Assembly (NCBI GenBank): GCA_046160485.1
Contig: JBJXGV010000010.1
Span: 5,644 to 69,643, forward strand
Reading direction: 5' to 3'
Length of the DNA: 64,000 nt
DNA from: a bacterium
Lineage (GTDB): Bacteria > Orphanbacterota > Orphanbacteria > JBJXGV01
Below are positions 18,196 to 26,369 of this stretch, piece by piece. Each line of letters starts with the position of its first letter. Within the stretch, counting starts at the first letter, position 1. A model generated the notes under the pieces. The model searched no databases. It saw nothing but the letters and a program-made list of their open reading frames with translations, and was not told the origin of the DNA. The translations under genes and the position numbers were made by a program.

Positions 18196-21060
18196 ATGCA
18201 GAGTCTCACCGACTATCATGCGAAGTATTTCGCCTACGAGCTGACGCGGCGCTGCCCTCCGGACAGCGTGGAGAAGCTCGCGGCCGCGCTCGTCGACGCG
18301 CAGGTCGACCTGAATCCGCACCAGGTCGACGCGGCGCTCTTCGCGTTTCGCTCGCCGCTCTCGAAGGGCGCGCTCCTCGCCGACGAAGTCGGGCTCGGCA
18401 AAACGATCGAGGCCGGGCTCGTCCTCTCGCAGAAGTGGGCGGAGCGTAAGCGGCGCGTCCTCGTGATCACGCCCGCGAACCTGCGCAAGCAGTGGTATCA
18501 GGAACTCACCGAGAAGTTCTTCTTACCGTGCCGGATTCTCGAGACGAAGTCGTACAACGCGGCGATCAAGCAGGGCCGCTTCCGACCGTTCGAGGCGGAC
18601 GAGATCGTGATCTGCTCGTATCAGTTCGCGAAGAGCAAGGCGAGCGACGTTCATGCGATGCCGTGGGACATCGTCGTCATCGACGAAGCGCACCGTCTGC
18701 GCAATGTCTACAAACCGGCGAACGTGATCGCGAACACGCTGAAGCAGGCTCTCGCTGGACGCGACAAGCTGCTGCTGACAGCGACGCCACTCCAAAACTC
18801 GCTGCTTGAACTCTTCGGCCTCGTGAGCTTCATCGACGAACACACGTTCGGCGACCTGAAGAGCTTTCGCGAACAGTTCGCGAGCCTGAGCCAGGAGCAG
18901 GTCTTCCACACGCTCAAGGCGCGGCTGAAGCCCGTCTGCCATCGCACCCTTCGCCGTCAGGTTCTCCCGTACATCAAGTACACGCGGCGTTGGCCGATCG
19001 TGCAGGACTTCACGCCCGAAGCGAGCGAAGACCGGCTCTACAACCTCGTCTCCGAGTACTTACAGCGCGACAATCTCCAGGCGCTTCCGGCGAGCCAGCG
19101 CACGCTCATGACGCTCGTCCTGCGGAAGCTGCTGGCGTCTTCGACGTTCGCGATCGCGGGCGCGCTCACCACAATCTCCGCGCGACTGAAGGCGAAGCTT
19201 CGCAGGCAAGAACCGACGGCGGCGCTCGAAGATGAACTCAGCGCCGACTACGAGGCCCTCGACGAAACCGCCGAAGAGTGGGACGAGGATACCGTAGCCC
19301 CGCCGCTCTCCGAAGGCGACCGCGCCGCGATCGAGCGGGAGATCGCCGATCTCGATGAGTTCGCGCGCCTCGCGACATCGATCGATCACAACGCCAAAGG
19401 AAAGGCGCTCCTCACCGCGCTCGGCATCGCGTTCGCGAAAGCAGCCGAACTCGGCGCCGCGCAGAAGGCCATCATCTTCACCGAGTCGCGCCGCACTCAG
19501 AGCTACCTACTTCGCGTTCTCGCGGACAGCCCGTTCGCCGAAGGAATCGTCCTCTTCAACGGCTCCAACACCGACGATCGGTCGAAACAGATCTACGCGG
19601 CGTGGGTCGCGCGGCACGAAGGCACCGATCGCGTGACGGGATCGCGCACCGCCGATATGCGCTCCGCGATCGTCGACTACTTCCGCGAGGAGGGTCGCGT
19701 CATGATCGCGACCGAGGCCGCCGCCGAAGGGATCAACCTCCAGTTCTGCTCGCTCGTCGTGAACTACGACCTGCCGTGGAATCCACAGCGCATCGAGCAG
19801 CGCATCGGCCGTTGCCATCGCTACGGCCAGCAGCACGATGTCGTCGTCGTGAACTTCCTCAACCGGAAGAACGAGGCGGACCAGCGCGTCTTCCGCCTTC
19901 TCGCAGAGAAGTTCCAGCTCTTCGAGGGGGTCTTCGGCGCGAGCGACGAAATCCTCGGCGCCATCGAGTCCGGCGTCGATTTCGAGAAGCGCATCGCCGG
20001 GATCTACCAGCGCTGCCGCAAGCCGGTCGAGATCCAGGTCGCGTTCGACCAGCTTCAGCTCGAACTCGGGCTCGAGATCGACGAGTCGATGACGCGCACG
20101 CGCCAGCAACTCCTCGAGAACTTCGACGACGAGGTCCGCGAGAAGCTCAGAATGCGCAACGAGGATTCAAAGGCGTACTTGAATCGCTACGAGCGCCTTC
20201 TCATGCAGCTCACGCGGCACGAGTTGGAAGGTTGCGCTGAGTTCGTCGACGATTCGTCGTTCCGGCTCAAATCGCAGCCGTTCCCGGATCGCGCCGGCGA
20301 GATCGCGCTCGGCTTGTACGAGCTGCCGCGCCGCTCGGGCGAGGCGCACCTCTACCGCCTCACGCACCCACTTGCCGCGAGCGTCCTCGAACGCGCGAAG
20401 GCCCGCGATCTCCCGCCCGCCGACATTCAGTTCGCGTACGGCGAGCACGAAGGAAAGATCACGCTGCTCGAGTCCTTCATCGGCAAGAGCGGCTGGCTCA
20501 CGGTATCCTCGCTCAGCGTCGAATCGCTTGATCAAGCCGAAGACCATCTGATCATCGCTGCGGCCACGGACGACGGGCAGGTGCTCGACGATGAAGTCGC
20601 GGCGCGCTTGCTCACGTTGCCGGGGCGTGTCGGCGGCTCAGCGCCAACCGGCGTTGAGCCCGCGGCGTTGGGGACGATCCTCGAGCAACGCCGCGCCGAC
20701 ATCCAGCGCGGAGTCTCGGAGCGCAACGCCCGCTTCTTCGAAGCCGAAGCCGACAAGCTCGACGGGTGGGCCGACGATTTGAAGCTCGGCCTCGAACGCG
20801 AGATTAAGGACATCGATCGGCAGATCAAAGAAGCGCGGCGCGCGGCAACCACCGCGCTGACGCTGGAAGCAAAGCTCGCGAGCCAGAAGCAGATCAAAGC
20901 GCACGAAGCCGAACGCAATCAGAAGCGCCGCACACTATTCGACGCGCAGGACCAAATCGACGCTCAGCGCACGGAACTCATTGCAAAGATCGAAGGCAAG
21001 CTCACACAATCCGTGTCGCTCGACGCGATGTTCTCGATTCGCTGGGAACTCGCCCGCTAA
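18196..21060 (+). CDS. SNF2-family helicase/ATPase associated with a type III R-M locus
   Basis: 'LLADEVGLGKT', 'DEAH', 'LLLTATP', 'EGINLQ', 'EQRIGRCHRYGQ'; coiled-coil C-terminus. Confidence 0.92.
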   Translation: MQSLTDYHAKYFAYELTRRCPPDSVEKLAAALVDAQVDLNPHQVDAALFAFRSPLSKGALLADEVGLGKTIEAGLVLSQKWAERKRRVLVITPANLRKQWYQELTEKFFLPCRILETKSYNAAIKQGRFRPFEADEIVICSYQFAKSKASDVHAMPWDIVVIDEAHRLRNVYKPANVIANTLKQALAGRDKLLLTATPLQNSLLELFGLVSFIDEHTFGDLKSFREQFASLSQEQVFHTLKARLKPVCHRTLRRQVLPYIKYTRRWPIVQDFTPEASEDRLYNLVSEYLQRDNLQALPASQRTLMTLVLRKLLASSTFAIAGALTTISARLKAKLRRQEPTAALEDELSADYEALDETAEEWDEDTVAPPLSEGDRAAIEREIADLDEFARLATSIDHNAKGKALLTALGIAFAKAAELGAAQKAIIFTESRRTQSYLLRVLADSPFAEGIVLFNGSNTDDRSKQIYAAWVARHEGTDRVTGSRTADMRSAIVDYFREEGRVMIATEAAAEGINLQFCSLVVNYDLPWNPQRIEQRIGRCHRYGQQHDVVVVNFLNRKNEADQRVFRLLAEKFQLFEGVFGASDEILGAIESGVDFEKRIAGIYQRCRKPVEIQVAFDQLQLELGLEIDESMTRTRQQLLENFDDEVREKLRMRNEDSKAYLNRYERLLMQLTRHELEGCAEFVDDSSFRLKSQPFPDRAGEIALGLYELPRRSGEAHLYRLTHPLAASVLERAKARDLPPADIQFAYGEHEGKITLLESFIGKSGWLTVSSLSVESLDQAEDHLIIAAATDDGQVLDDEVAARLLTLPGRVGGSAPTGVEPAALGTILEQRRADIQRGVSERNARFFEAEADKLDGWADDLKLGLEREIKDIDRQIKEARRAATTALTLEAKLASQKQIKAHEAERNQKRRTLFDAQDQIDAQRTELIAKIEGKLTQSVSLDAMFSIRWELAR

Positions 21061-21074
21061 CTCTGGAGCCCGAC

Positions 21075-22544
21075 GTGATCCCGAGCACACCGACCAATCA
21101 GAAGGAACTTGCGAGCCTGCTCAAGAAAGGCGAAGGGCAGTCGCTGGAGTTCAAGCGCTCGACGGCCGAGCTGCGCGAAGCGTTGCAGACGCTCTGCTCG
21201 TTTCTGAATGGCGCGGGCGGATTGGTGGTGTTCGGAGTGCGCCCCGACGGCACGCCCGAGGGACAGCAAGTTTCGGACAAGACGCTTCGTGAAGTCGCGC
21301 AAGCGCTCGATCAGTTCGAGCCGCCGGTGAGCGTCCCGATCGAACGGCTGCGTCTCAAGGCCGGGCGCGAGGCCCTCATCCTTCGCGCGGCGCCGCTCTC
21401 CGATGCGATCCCGTTCACGTTCGAGGGACGAGCGTACGAGCGCGTCGCGAGCACCACGCGCAAGATGTCGCAAGAGAAGTACGAGAAGCTGCTGCTGGAG
21501 CGCGCGCACTCGCGCCGACGCTGGGAGAATCAGCCGGCCGAAGGCACGCGCCTCAAGGCTCTCGACCGCGAAGAAATCCTGCGCACGCGCGAGGCCGCGA
21601 TTCAGCAGCGCCGCATCTCCGCCGCGGCCAGCCGCAGCGCGGGAGACGTCCTCGACCGTCTCGGCCTTCGCATCGATGGCGTCATCACCCAGGCCGCGCA
21701 AGTTCTCTACGGCACTCGCTTCATGCCCGACTATCCGCAATGCCGCCTCAAGATGGGCCGCTTCCGCGGCAGCACGGTCACCGGCGACATCGTTGACGAC
21801 CGGCAGGACTACCTCAACGCGTTCGCGGCCGTGCGCGAAGGGATGGCGTTTCTCGATAGAACGCTGCCCCTCTCGGCGCATTTCACGGAAGGCAAGATCT
21901 TCCGCGAGGATCGCCTCCCCGTCCCGCCGAACGCGCTGCGCGAGATCCTCCTCAACGCCGTGATGCACCGCGACTACTCCGACCCCGGTGGATATGTGGC
22001 CATTGCGGTCTTCGACGATCGCATCGAGATCCGCAGCGCCGGCCGGCTTCCCGCGAGCGTGACCGCCGAGATGCTCTCCGGCCCGCACCTCTCGAAGCTC
22101 CGCAACCCGCTCATCGCCGACGCCTTCCACCGAACGGGCGCCGTCGAGATGTGGGGACGCGGCACGAACCGCGTGATCGACGAGTGCAAGCGCTACGGCA
22201 TCGATCCGCCCGTCTTCACGGAGATGAGCGGCTTCGTGATCGTGACCTTCCGCGTGAGCCTGAATGCGACCACGCAAGTCACCCCGCAAGTCACCCCGCA
22301 AGTCACCCCGCAAGTCGCGGCGCTTCTCGAGGCAGCCCGTGAACCGAGGAGTCGGGATGAACTGAAGGCCGCGGCGGGCATCCGGGACAGAGAACACTTC
22401 CGCAAGCAGTTCCTTATTCCTCTCGTCGAGACCGGCTGGCTCGAACGCACGATTCCGGATAAACCGAACAGTCGGTTGCAGCGGTATCGGATTACGAAGA
22501 CAGGCGCCCACGCGCTAACCACTTCGACGCGGGAGAAAAAATGA
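21075..22544 (+). CDS. AlbA_2 (Schlafen-like) + HATPase-like + wHTH putative regulator
   Basis: 'GEGQSLEFK', 'SFLNGAGG...GVRPDG', 'ALREILLNAVMHRDY', 'RNPLIA', 'EMWGRGT', QVTP repeats, 'TIPDKPNSRLQRYRIT'. Confidence 0.85.
   Translation: MIPSTPTNQKELASLLKKGEGQSLEFKRSTAELREALQTLCSFLNGAGGLVVFGVRPDGTPEGQQVSDKTLREVAQALDQFEPPVSVPIERLRLKAGREALILRAAPLSDAIPFTFEGRAYERVASTTRKMSQEKYEKLLLERAHSRRRWENQPAEGTRLKALDREEILRTREAAIQQRRISAAASRSAGDVLDRLGLRIDGVITQAAQVLYGTRFMPDYPQCRLKMGRFRGSTVTGDIVDDRQDYLNAFAAVREGMAFLDRTLPLSAHFTEGKIFREDRLPVPPNALREILLNAVMHRDYSDPGGYVAIAVFDDRIEIRSAGRLPASVTAEMLSGPHLSKLRNPLIADAFHRTGAVEMWGRGTNRVIDECKRYGIDPPVFTEMSGFVIVTFRVSLNATTQVTPQVTPQVTPQVAALLEAAREPRSRDELKAAAGIRDREHFRKQFLIPLVETGWLERTIPDKPNSRLQRYRITKTGAHALTTSTREKK
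22273..22316 (+). repeat. 12-bp in-frame tandem repeat (CAAGTCACCCCG) x3.5 encoding QVTP
   Basis: Perfect copies at 22275, 22287 and 22299, partial at 22311. Confidence 0.95.
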
Positions 22545-23395
22545 CAACATTTCACTTGTTCCGAATCAAGGTCCTGAAGCGGAGTCAGCGACCGCTCTTC
22601 GAGCCTGAACAGTCGACGTCCGAGATTCTGCGCGAGGCCATTTCACAGAAACCCTCGGCAGAGCTGCGGAAAAATCACACGTGGCATATCGGAAACAACA
22701 CGGAACTTGACGAGAATGGCATCTACTTCGCGATCGGCCGGACGACTACCGCGACAGTGCCGCGGTATGACAAGAAAGAGGGCAACTTCACAGAAGCAGC
22801 ATCCGACACGGCGCCGTTCACACACGTTCTAGCCGACTTCCAGCTTCAAGTAGCGGGCATCGCCGCAAAGAGTCTCGTGGCACCGACCGTACCCGATATC
22901 GCCAGGAAGCTGGAGAAGGTGCTGAACAGTGCGCCCGCCGCATCAACGCACGAGGTCGATTTCGAGATCTGCCCGATCACTGATCCGGAAACCTTCATCG
23001 AGATACTGCGCTCCGCATACGCGATCGAGAAGTTTTCCTTCACTGTCTCTCGGCCGAATCCTTTCGATGCCAACAAAGAGATAATGCGACCGCTGGCTTC
23101 CTTTTTGAGCGCAGCTTCCGCCACGCGAGGCCGCGCGAGCATCTCAGGTACAAGCCTGAACGCCGACTCTCTCGAGGACGTCGCAAGATCGGCAGCCGTC
23201 GCAGGTGAGGATGCAGAAGCCCGGGTTCGAGTGTCCGCGCACGAAACACCGGTCGTTAAGCGCCTCCGAGGCAACGCCGTTGCGCTGACTGAAGAGGAAC
23301 CGGACTCAAAGGAGAAGCGGCTTGGACTCCTCGCTCGGATTCGTGCGACTTTCTCCAAGTTGCGTCAGGAACCCGACGTCGGATCCAAATCATGA
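22541..23395 (+). CDS. Hypothetical soluble protein (284 aa), possibly DUF4747-like; candidate defence protein
   Basis: Intact ORF, ATGA-coupled on both sides, visibly lower GC; 'FSFTVSRPNPFD' recalls DUF4747-type proteins (unverified). Confidence 0.7.
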   Translation: MTTFHLFRIKVLKRSQRPLFEPEQSTSEILREAISQKPSAELRKNHTWHIGNNTELDENGIYFAIGRTTTATVPRYDKKEGNFTEAASDTAPFTHVLADFQLQVAGIAAKSLVAPTVPDIARKLEKVLNSAPAASTHEVDFEICPITDPETFIEILRSAYAIEKFSFTVSRPNPFDANKEIMRPLASFLSAASATRGRASISGTSLNADSLEDVARSAAVAGEDAEARVRVSAHETPVVKRLRGNAVALTEEEPDSKEKRLGLLARIRATFSKLRQEPDVGSKS

Positions 23396-23925
23396 ACTAC
23401 TGGCACTGGTTTTTTCGCGGGACGAGCGGCGAACCCGGCTACAGGAAGTTCGTGAACCGTTGGCTGCTATTTCACGCTGTCGTTGGCGCGGCGCTTTTCT
23501 TTCTCGTGCCCATTTCACTCAAGGACGCCGCGAACACGGTCCTGCTTCCACTCACCGGGGTCTTCATTGGCCTCTCATTCGCGTGGGCCGGCAATGCGCT
23601 CACTCTCTTGCAGTCCGAAGAAATCGAGCATCTCGCGGAGCACCGCGTCGGCGACCTCAAAGAGTACGTCTTCACTTATCAGTCAGCGATTCTCGCGATT
23701 CTCGTTACCCTTTCAGTCTGGGGTATCGCGGGTCTTGGGGTGATCGATAGCCCCAGTCCGATCCGGTGGGCTCATAGGCTGTATCCTGCTGTCGCGGTTG
23801 CACTCTATGGTCTAGCGAGCCTCACGCTGCGAGAGTGCTGGCATGTCGTCTTGTTCTCGCAGCTTCTTCTGCTCGCCAGACGCGAAATCCGCCGCGCGAC
23901 ACGACCACCGGAAAACAGTGGTTAG
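23392..23925 (+). CDS. Hypothetical 4-TM membrane protein (177 aa); candidate defence effector
   Basis: Four hydrophobic segments; ATGA overlap with upstream gene; low-GC codon use. Confidence 0.7.
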   Translation: MNYWHWFFRGTSGEPGYRKFVNRWLLFHAVVGAALFFLVPISLKDAANTVLLPLTGVFIGLSFAWAGNALTLLQSEEIEHLAEHRVGDLKEYVFTYQSAILAILVTLSVWGIAGLGVIDSPSPIRWAHRLYPAVAVALYGLASLTLRECWHVVLFSQLLLLARREIRRATRPPENSG

Positions 23926-23972
23926 TTGATGCCAGTGCGGTCTCACTATTCGCTCAAGATCGGTTTCAGGTG

Positions 23973-25682
23973 ATGCGTAACGCGAAGCTGGAACTCACGT
24001 GGATCGGGAAGGAGAACCGGCCGAAACTGGAGCCGCGCATCCTGCTCGGAGAGCCGGAGAAATCGCATCACGCGAAACATCGAGTGGCCGAGAACGACCT
24101 GTTCGACAACCGCCTGATCTTTGGGGACAACCTGCTCGCGCTGAAAGCGCTCGAAGCCGAGTTCGCAGGGAAGATCAAGTGCATTTACATCGACCCGCCG
24201 TTCAACACCGGCCAAGCGATGGAGGACTACGATGATTCGCGAGAGCATTCAATTTGGTTGAGTCTGATGAGAGATCGTCTCGTCTTGCTTCAGCGACTTC
24301 TCTCGCCAGACGGAACGCTGCTGGTGCACATAGACGACAACGAGCTCGGGTATCTAGTCGTTCTGCTCGACGAACTCTTCGGCCGCGACAATCGACTCTA
24401 TGTCGTCACATTCAAGCAAGGGTCAGCCACTGGCCACAAGTCCATCAACCCCGGCTGCGTCAGCACAACGAATTTCCTCCTGATGTACGCGAAGGATAAA
24501 TCAAGGTGGAACCCGAATAGAGTCTTCACTGCGCGCGAGCGGGACACGCGCTATGGCCAATACATCGAGAACCTTGAAGATCCATTCGGGCAATGGCGGA
24601 TCATCACCCTCATGAAGGCCTTTGCCGTCGCGAATCGGATATCGGAGAAAGACGCGCGGCTACTCGCTAAGAGCCATCCGGCGAAACTCGACGAGTTCGT
24701 CGTGAGTCGGGCACCGTGCGTCGTCCAGCTTGCCAAGCCGAACTATGAGAGCGTTAGCGCGGAGGCGCGGAAGCTCATCGATCGCTCAGAAGAGGACGTT
24801 GACGAAATCTTTCGACTTCAACGTGATGAGTATTCGGACATCTACCTCAAGGGTGGCAAACGCATTCTCTTCTACTCCGACAAACTGAAAAAGGTTGATG
24901 ACGAATGGGTTGCAGCCGAGCCGTTGACAACTCTATGGGACGACATTCTCTCGAACAATCTCCACGCGGAGGGTGGCGTCACGTTTCCAAAGGGGAAGAA
25001 ACCAGAGGGCCTAATCAAGCGCGTACTGGAGCTGTCGACAACCGCTGGCGACTGGATCCTCGACTCCTTCGCCGGCTCCGGCACGACCGGCGCGGTCGCG
25101 CACAAGATGGGCCGACGCTGGATCATGGTCGAGCTGGGCGAGCACTGTCACACGCACATCATCCCGCGCATGAAGAAGGTCATCGACGGCGAAGACCCGG
25201 GCGGCATCACCGAGGCCGTCGGCTGGAAGGGCGGCGGCGGCTTCCGCTACTACCGGCTCGCGCCTTCGCTCATGGAAAAGGACAAGTGGGGCAACTGGGT
25301 CATCAACAAGGACTACAACGCGGCGATGCTCGCCGAGGCGCTGTGCAAGCTCGAAGGCTTCACGTACGCGCCGAGCGATTCCGTCTACTGGCAGCACGGC
25401 CGCTCCACCGAGCGCGACTTCATCTACGTCACGACGGCGAGCTTGAGCCACGACCAGCTTCAGCAGCTGAGTGACGAGGTCGGACCGGAGCGGTCGCTCC
25501 TCGTGCTCTGCACCGCGTTCCGCGGGCGCGGCGAGTACGCGAACCTGACGGTGAAGAAGATTCCGAAGCAGGTGCTGTCGCGCTGCGAGTGGGGCCACGA
25601 CGACTACAGCCTGCGCGTCGAGAACCTCCCGAAGGCGCCGCCGAAGCCGGGGCAGATAAAGATGGAGCTGGCTGGGGAATGA
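23973..25682 (+). CDS. mod: Type III R-M DNA methyltransferase (Mod, beta-class amino-MTase)
   Basis: 'KLELTWIGK', 'LIFGDNLLALKAL', motif IV 'IDPPFN', 'KPEGLI', motif I 'DSFAGSGTTG'. Confidence 0.9.
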   Translation: MRNAKLELTWIGKENRPKLEPRILLGEPEKSHHAKHRVAENDLFDNRLIFGDNLLALKALEAEFAGKIKCIYIDPPFNTGQAMEDYDDSREHSIWLSLMRDRLVLLQRLLSPDGTLLVHIDDNELGYLVVLLDELFGRDNRLYVVTFKQGSATGHKSINPGCVSTTNFLLMYAKDKSRWNPNRVFTARERDTRYGQYIENLEDPFGQWRIITLMKAFAVANRISEKDARLLAKSHPAKLDEFVVSRAPCVVQLAKPNYESVSAEARKLIDRSEEDVDEIFRLQRDEYSDIYLKGGKRILFYSDKLKKVDDEWVAAEPLTTLWDDILSNNLHAEGGVTFPKGKKPEGLIKRVLELSTTAGDWILDSFAGSGTTGAVAHKMGRRWIMVELGEHCHTHIIPRMKKVIDGEDPGGITEAVGWKGGGGFRYYRLAPSLMEKDKWGNWVINKDYNAAMLAEALCKLEGFTYAPSDSVYWQHGRSTERDFIYVTTASLSHDQLQQLSDEVGPERSLLVLCTAFRGRGEYANLTVKKIPKQVLSRCEWGHDDYSLRVENLPKAPPKPGQIKMELAGE

Positions 25683-25882
25683 AGCGCGCGAGTCCAGGCA
25701 TCGCCTTCGCTGAATACGAGAATTCCGACGCAGTGCGTCGGAATTCCGCAAACGAGGGAATTCCTTACGCACTGCGTAAAGAATTCGCGCAGGTCGCGAT
25801 TCGCCACGCACCGCGTGGCGAATCCCCTAGAGCCCTTGCGGCGATAGCGGCTGGAGTTATTTCGCGGGATGCGCGACAATGA
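25679..25882 (+). CDS. 67-aa ORF built on palindromic repeats; possible DUF1016 (YhcG) relic
   Basis: ATG overlaps Mod stop (ATGA) and its TGA overlaps the next ATG; peptide MKRASPGIAFAEYENSDAVRRNS...IRHAPRGESPRALAAIAAG. Confidence 0.35.
   Translation: MKRASPGIAFAEYENSDAVRRNSANEGIPYALRKEFAQVAIRHAPRGESPRALAAIAAGVISRDARQ
25720..25824. repeat. Three palindromes with exact 39-bp periodicity
   Basis: GAATTCCGACGCA-G-TGCGTCGGAATTC (25720-46), GAATTCCTTACGCA-C-TGCGTAAAGAATTC (25758-86), GATTCGCCACGC-ACC-GCGTGGCGAATC (25798-824); centres 25733/25772/25811. Confidence 0.9.
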
Positions 25883-26133
25883 GATTCGAATTAACCGCAC
25901 ATGCCAAGGAAAGCTTGCGGAAGCGCCCGAACATCCGATTGGAGTGGGTCGAGCGCGTGATCGAGGGACCGGAGCGCGTCGAAGTTGATCGGGTCGACGC
26001 TGAACTGGAACATCGCCTCGGGCGCGTGCCGGAATATGGTGGTCGTGTACTTCGCGTGATCGTCCGACGAGGCACGTCCCCGCTGCGGATCGTCACGTTG
26101 TTTTTCGACCGCAAGATGAGGAGCCAGCTATGA
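25879..26133 (+). CDS. DUF4258 domain protein (putative toxin, RelE/BrnT-like)
   Basis: 'FELTAHAKESL...GRVLRVIV...IVTLFFDR'; paired with DUF2283. Confidence 0.75.
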   Translation: MRFELTAHAKESLRKRPNIRLEWVERVIEGPERVEVDRVDAELEHRLGRVPEYGGRVLRVIVRRGTSPLRIVTLFFDRKMRSQL

Positions 26134-26354
26134 AGCTCAGAATTGACGAAGAGGCCGACGCGCTGCATCTCCAGCTCGTGGATGTTCCCGTGAATGAGTC
26201 CGAGGAGGTCGCGCCAGGCATCATCGTCGACTACGACGAGGCCGACCAGATCGTAGGCATCGAGATCCTCCATCTCTCGAAGAGGCCGCACCCTGTCAAT
26301 CTGATGGACGTCCAGCTCGAGAGCCGCCCGAGAAGACTCGCATCCGGCGAATAG
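26130..26354 (+). CDS. DUF2283 domain protein (putative antitoxin)
   Basis: 'DEEADALHL...SEEVAPGIIVDYD...IVGIEI'. Confidence 0.85.
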   Translation: MKLRIDEEADALHLQLVDVPVNESEEVAPGIIVDYDEADQIVGIEILHLSKRPHPVNLMDVQLESRPRRLASGE

Positions 26355-26369
26355 CGGCCGTGCCGTGAC

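Noticed and set aside
25720-25824. Mini CRISPR array
   Set aside because: Units are not identical, spacers are only 11 nt and no cas genes are present.
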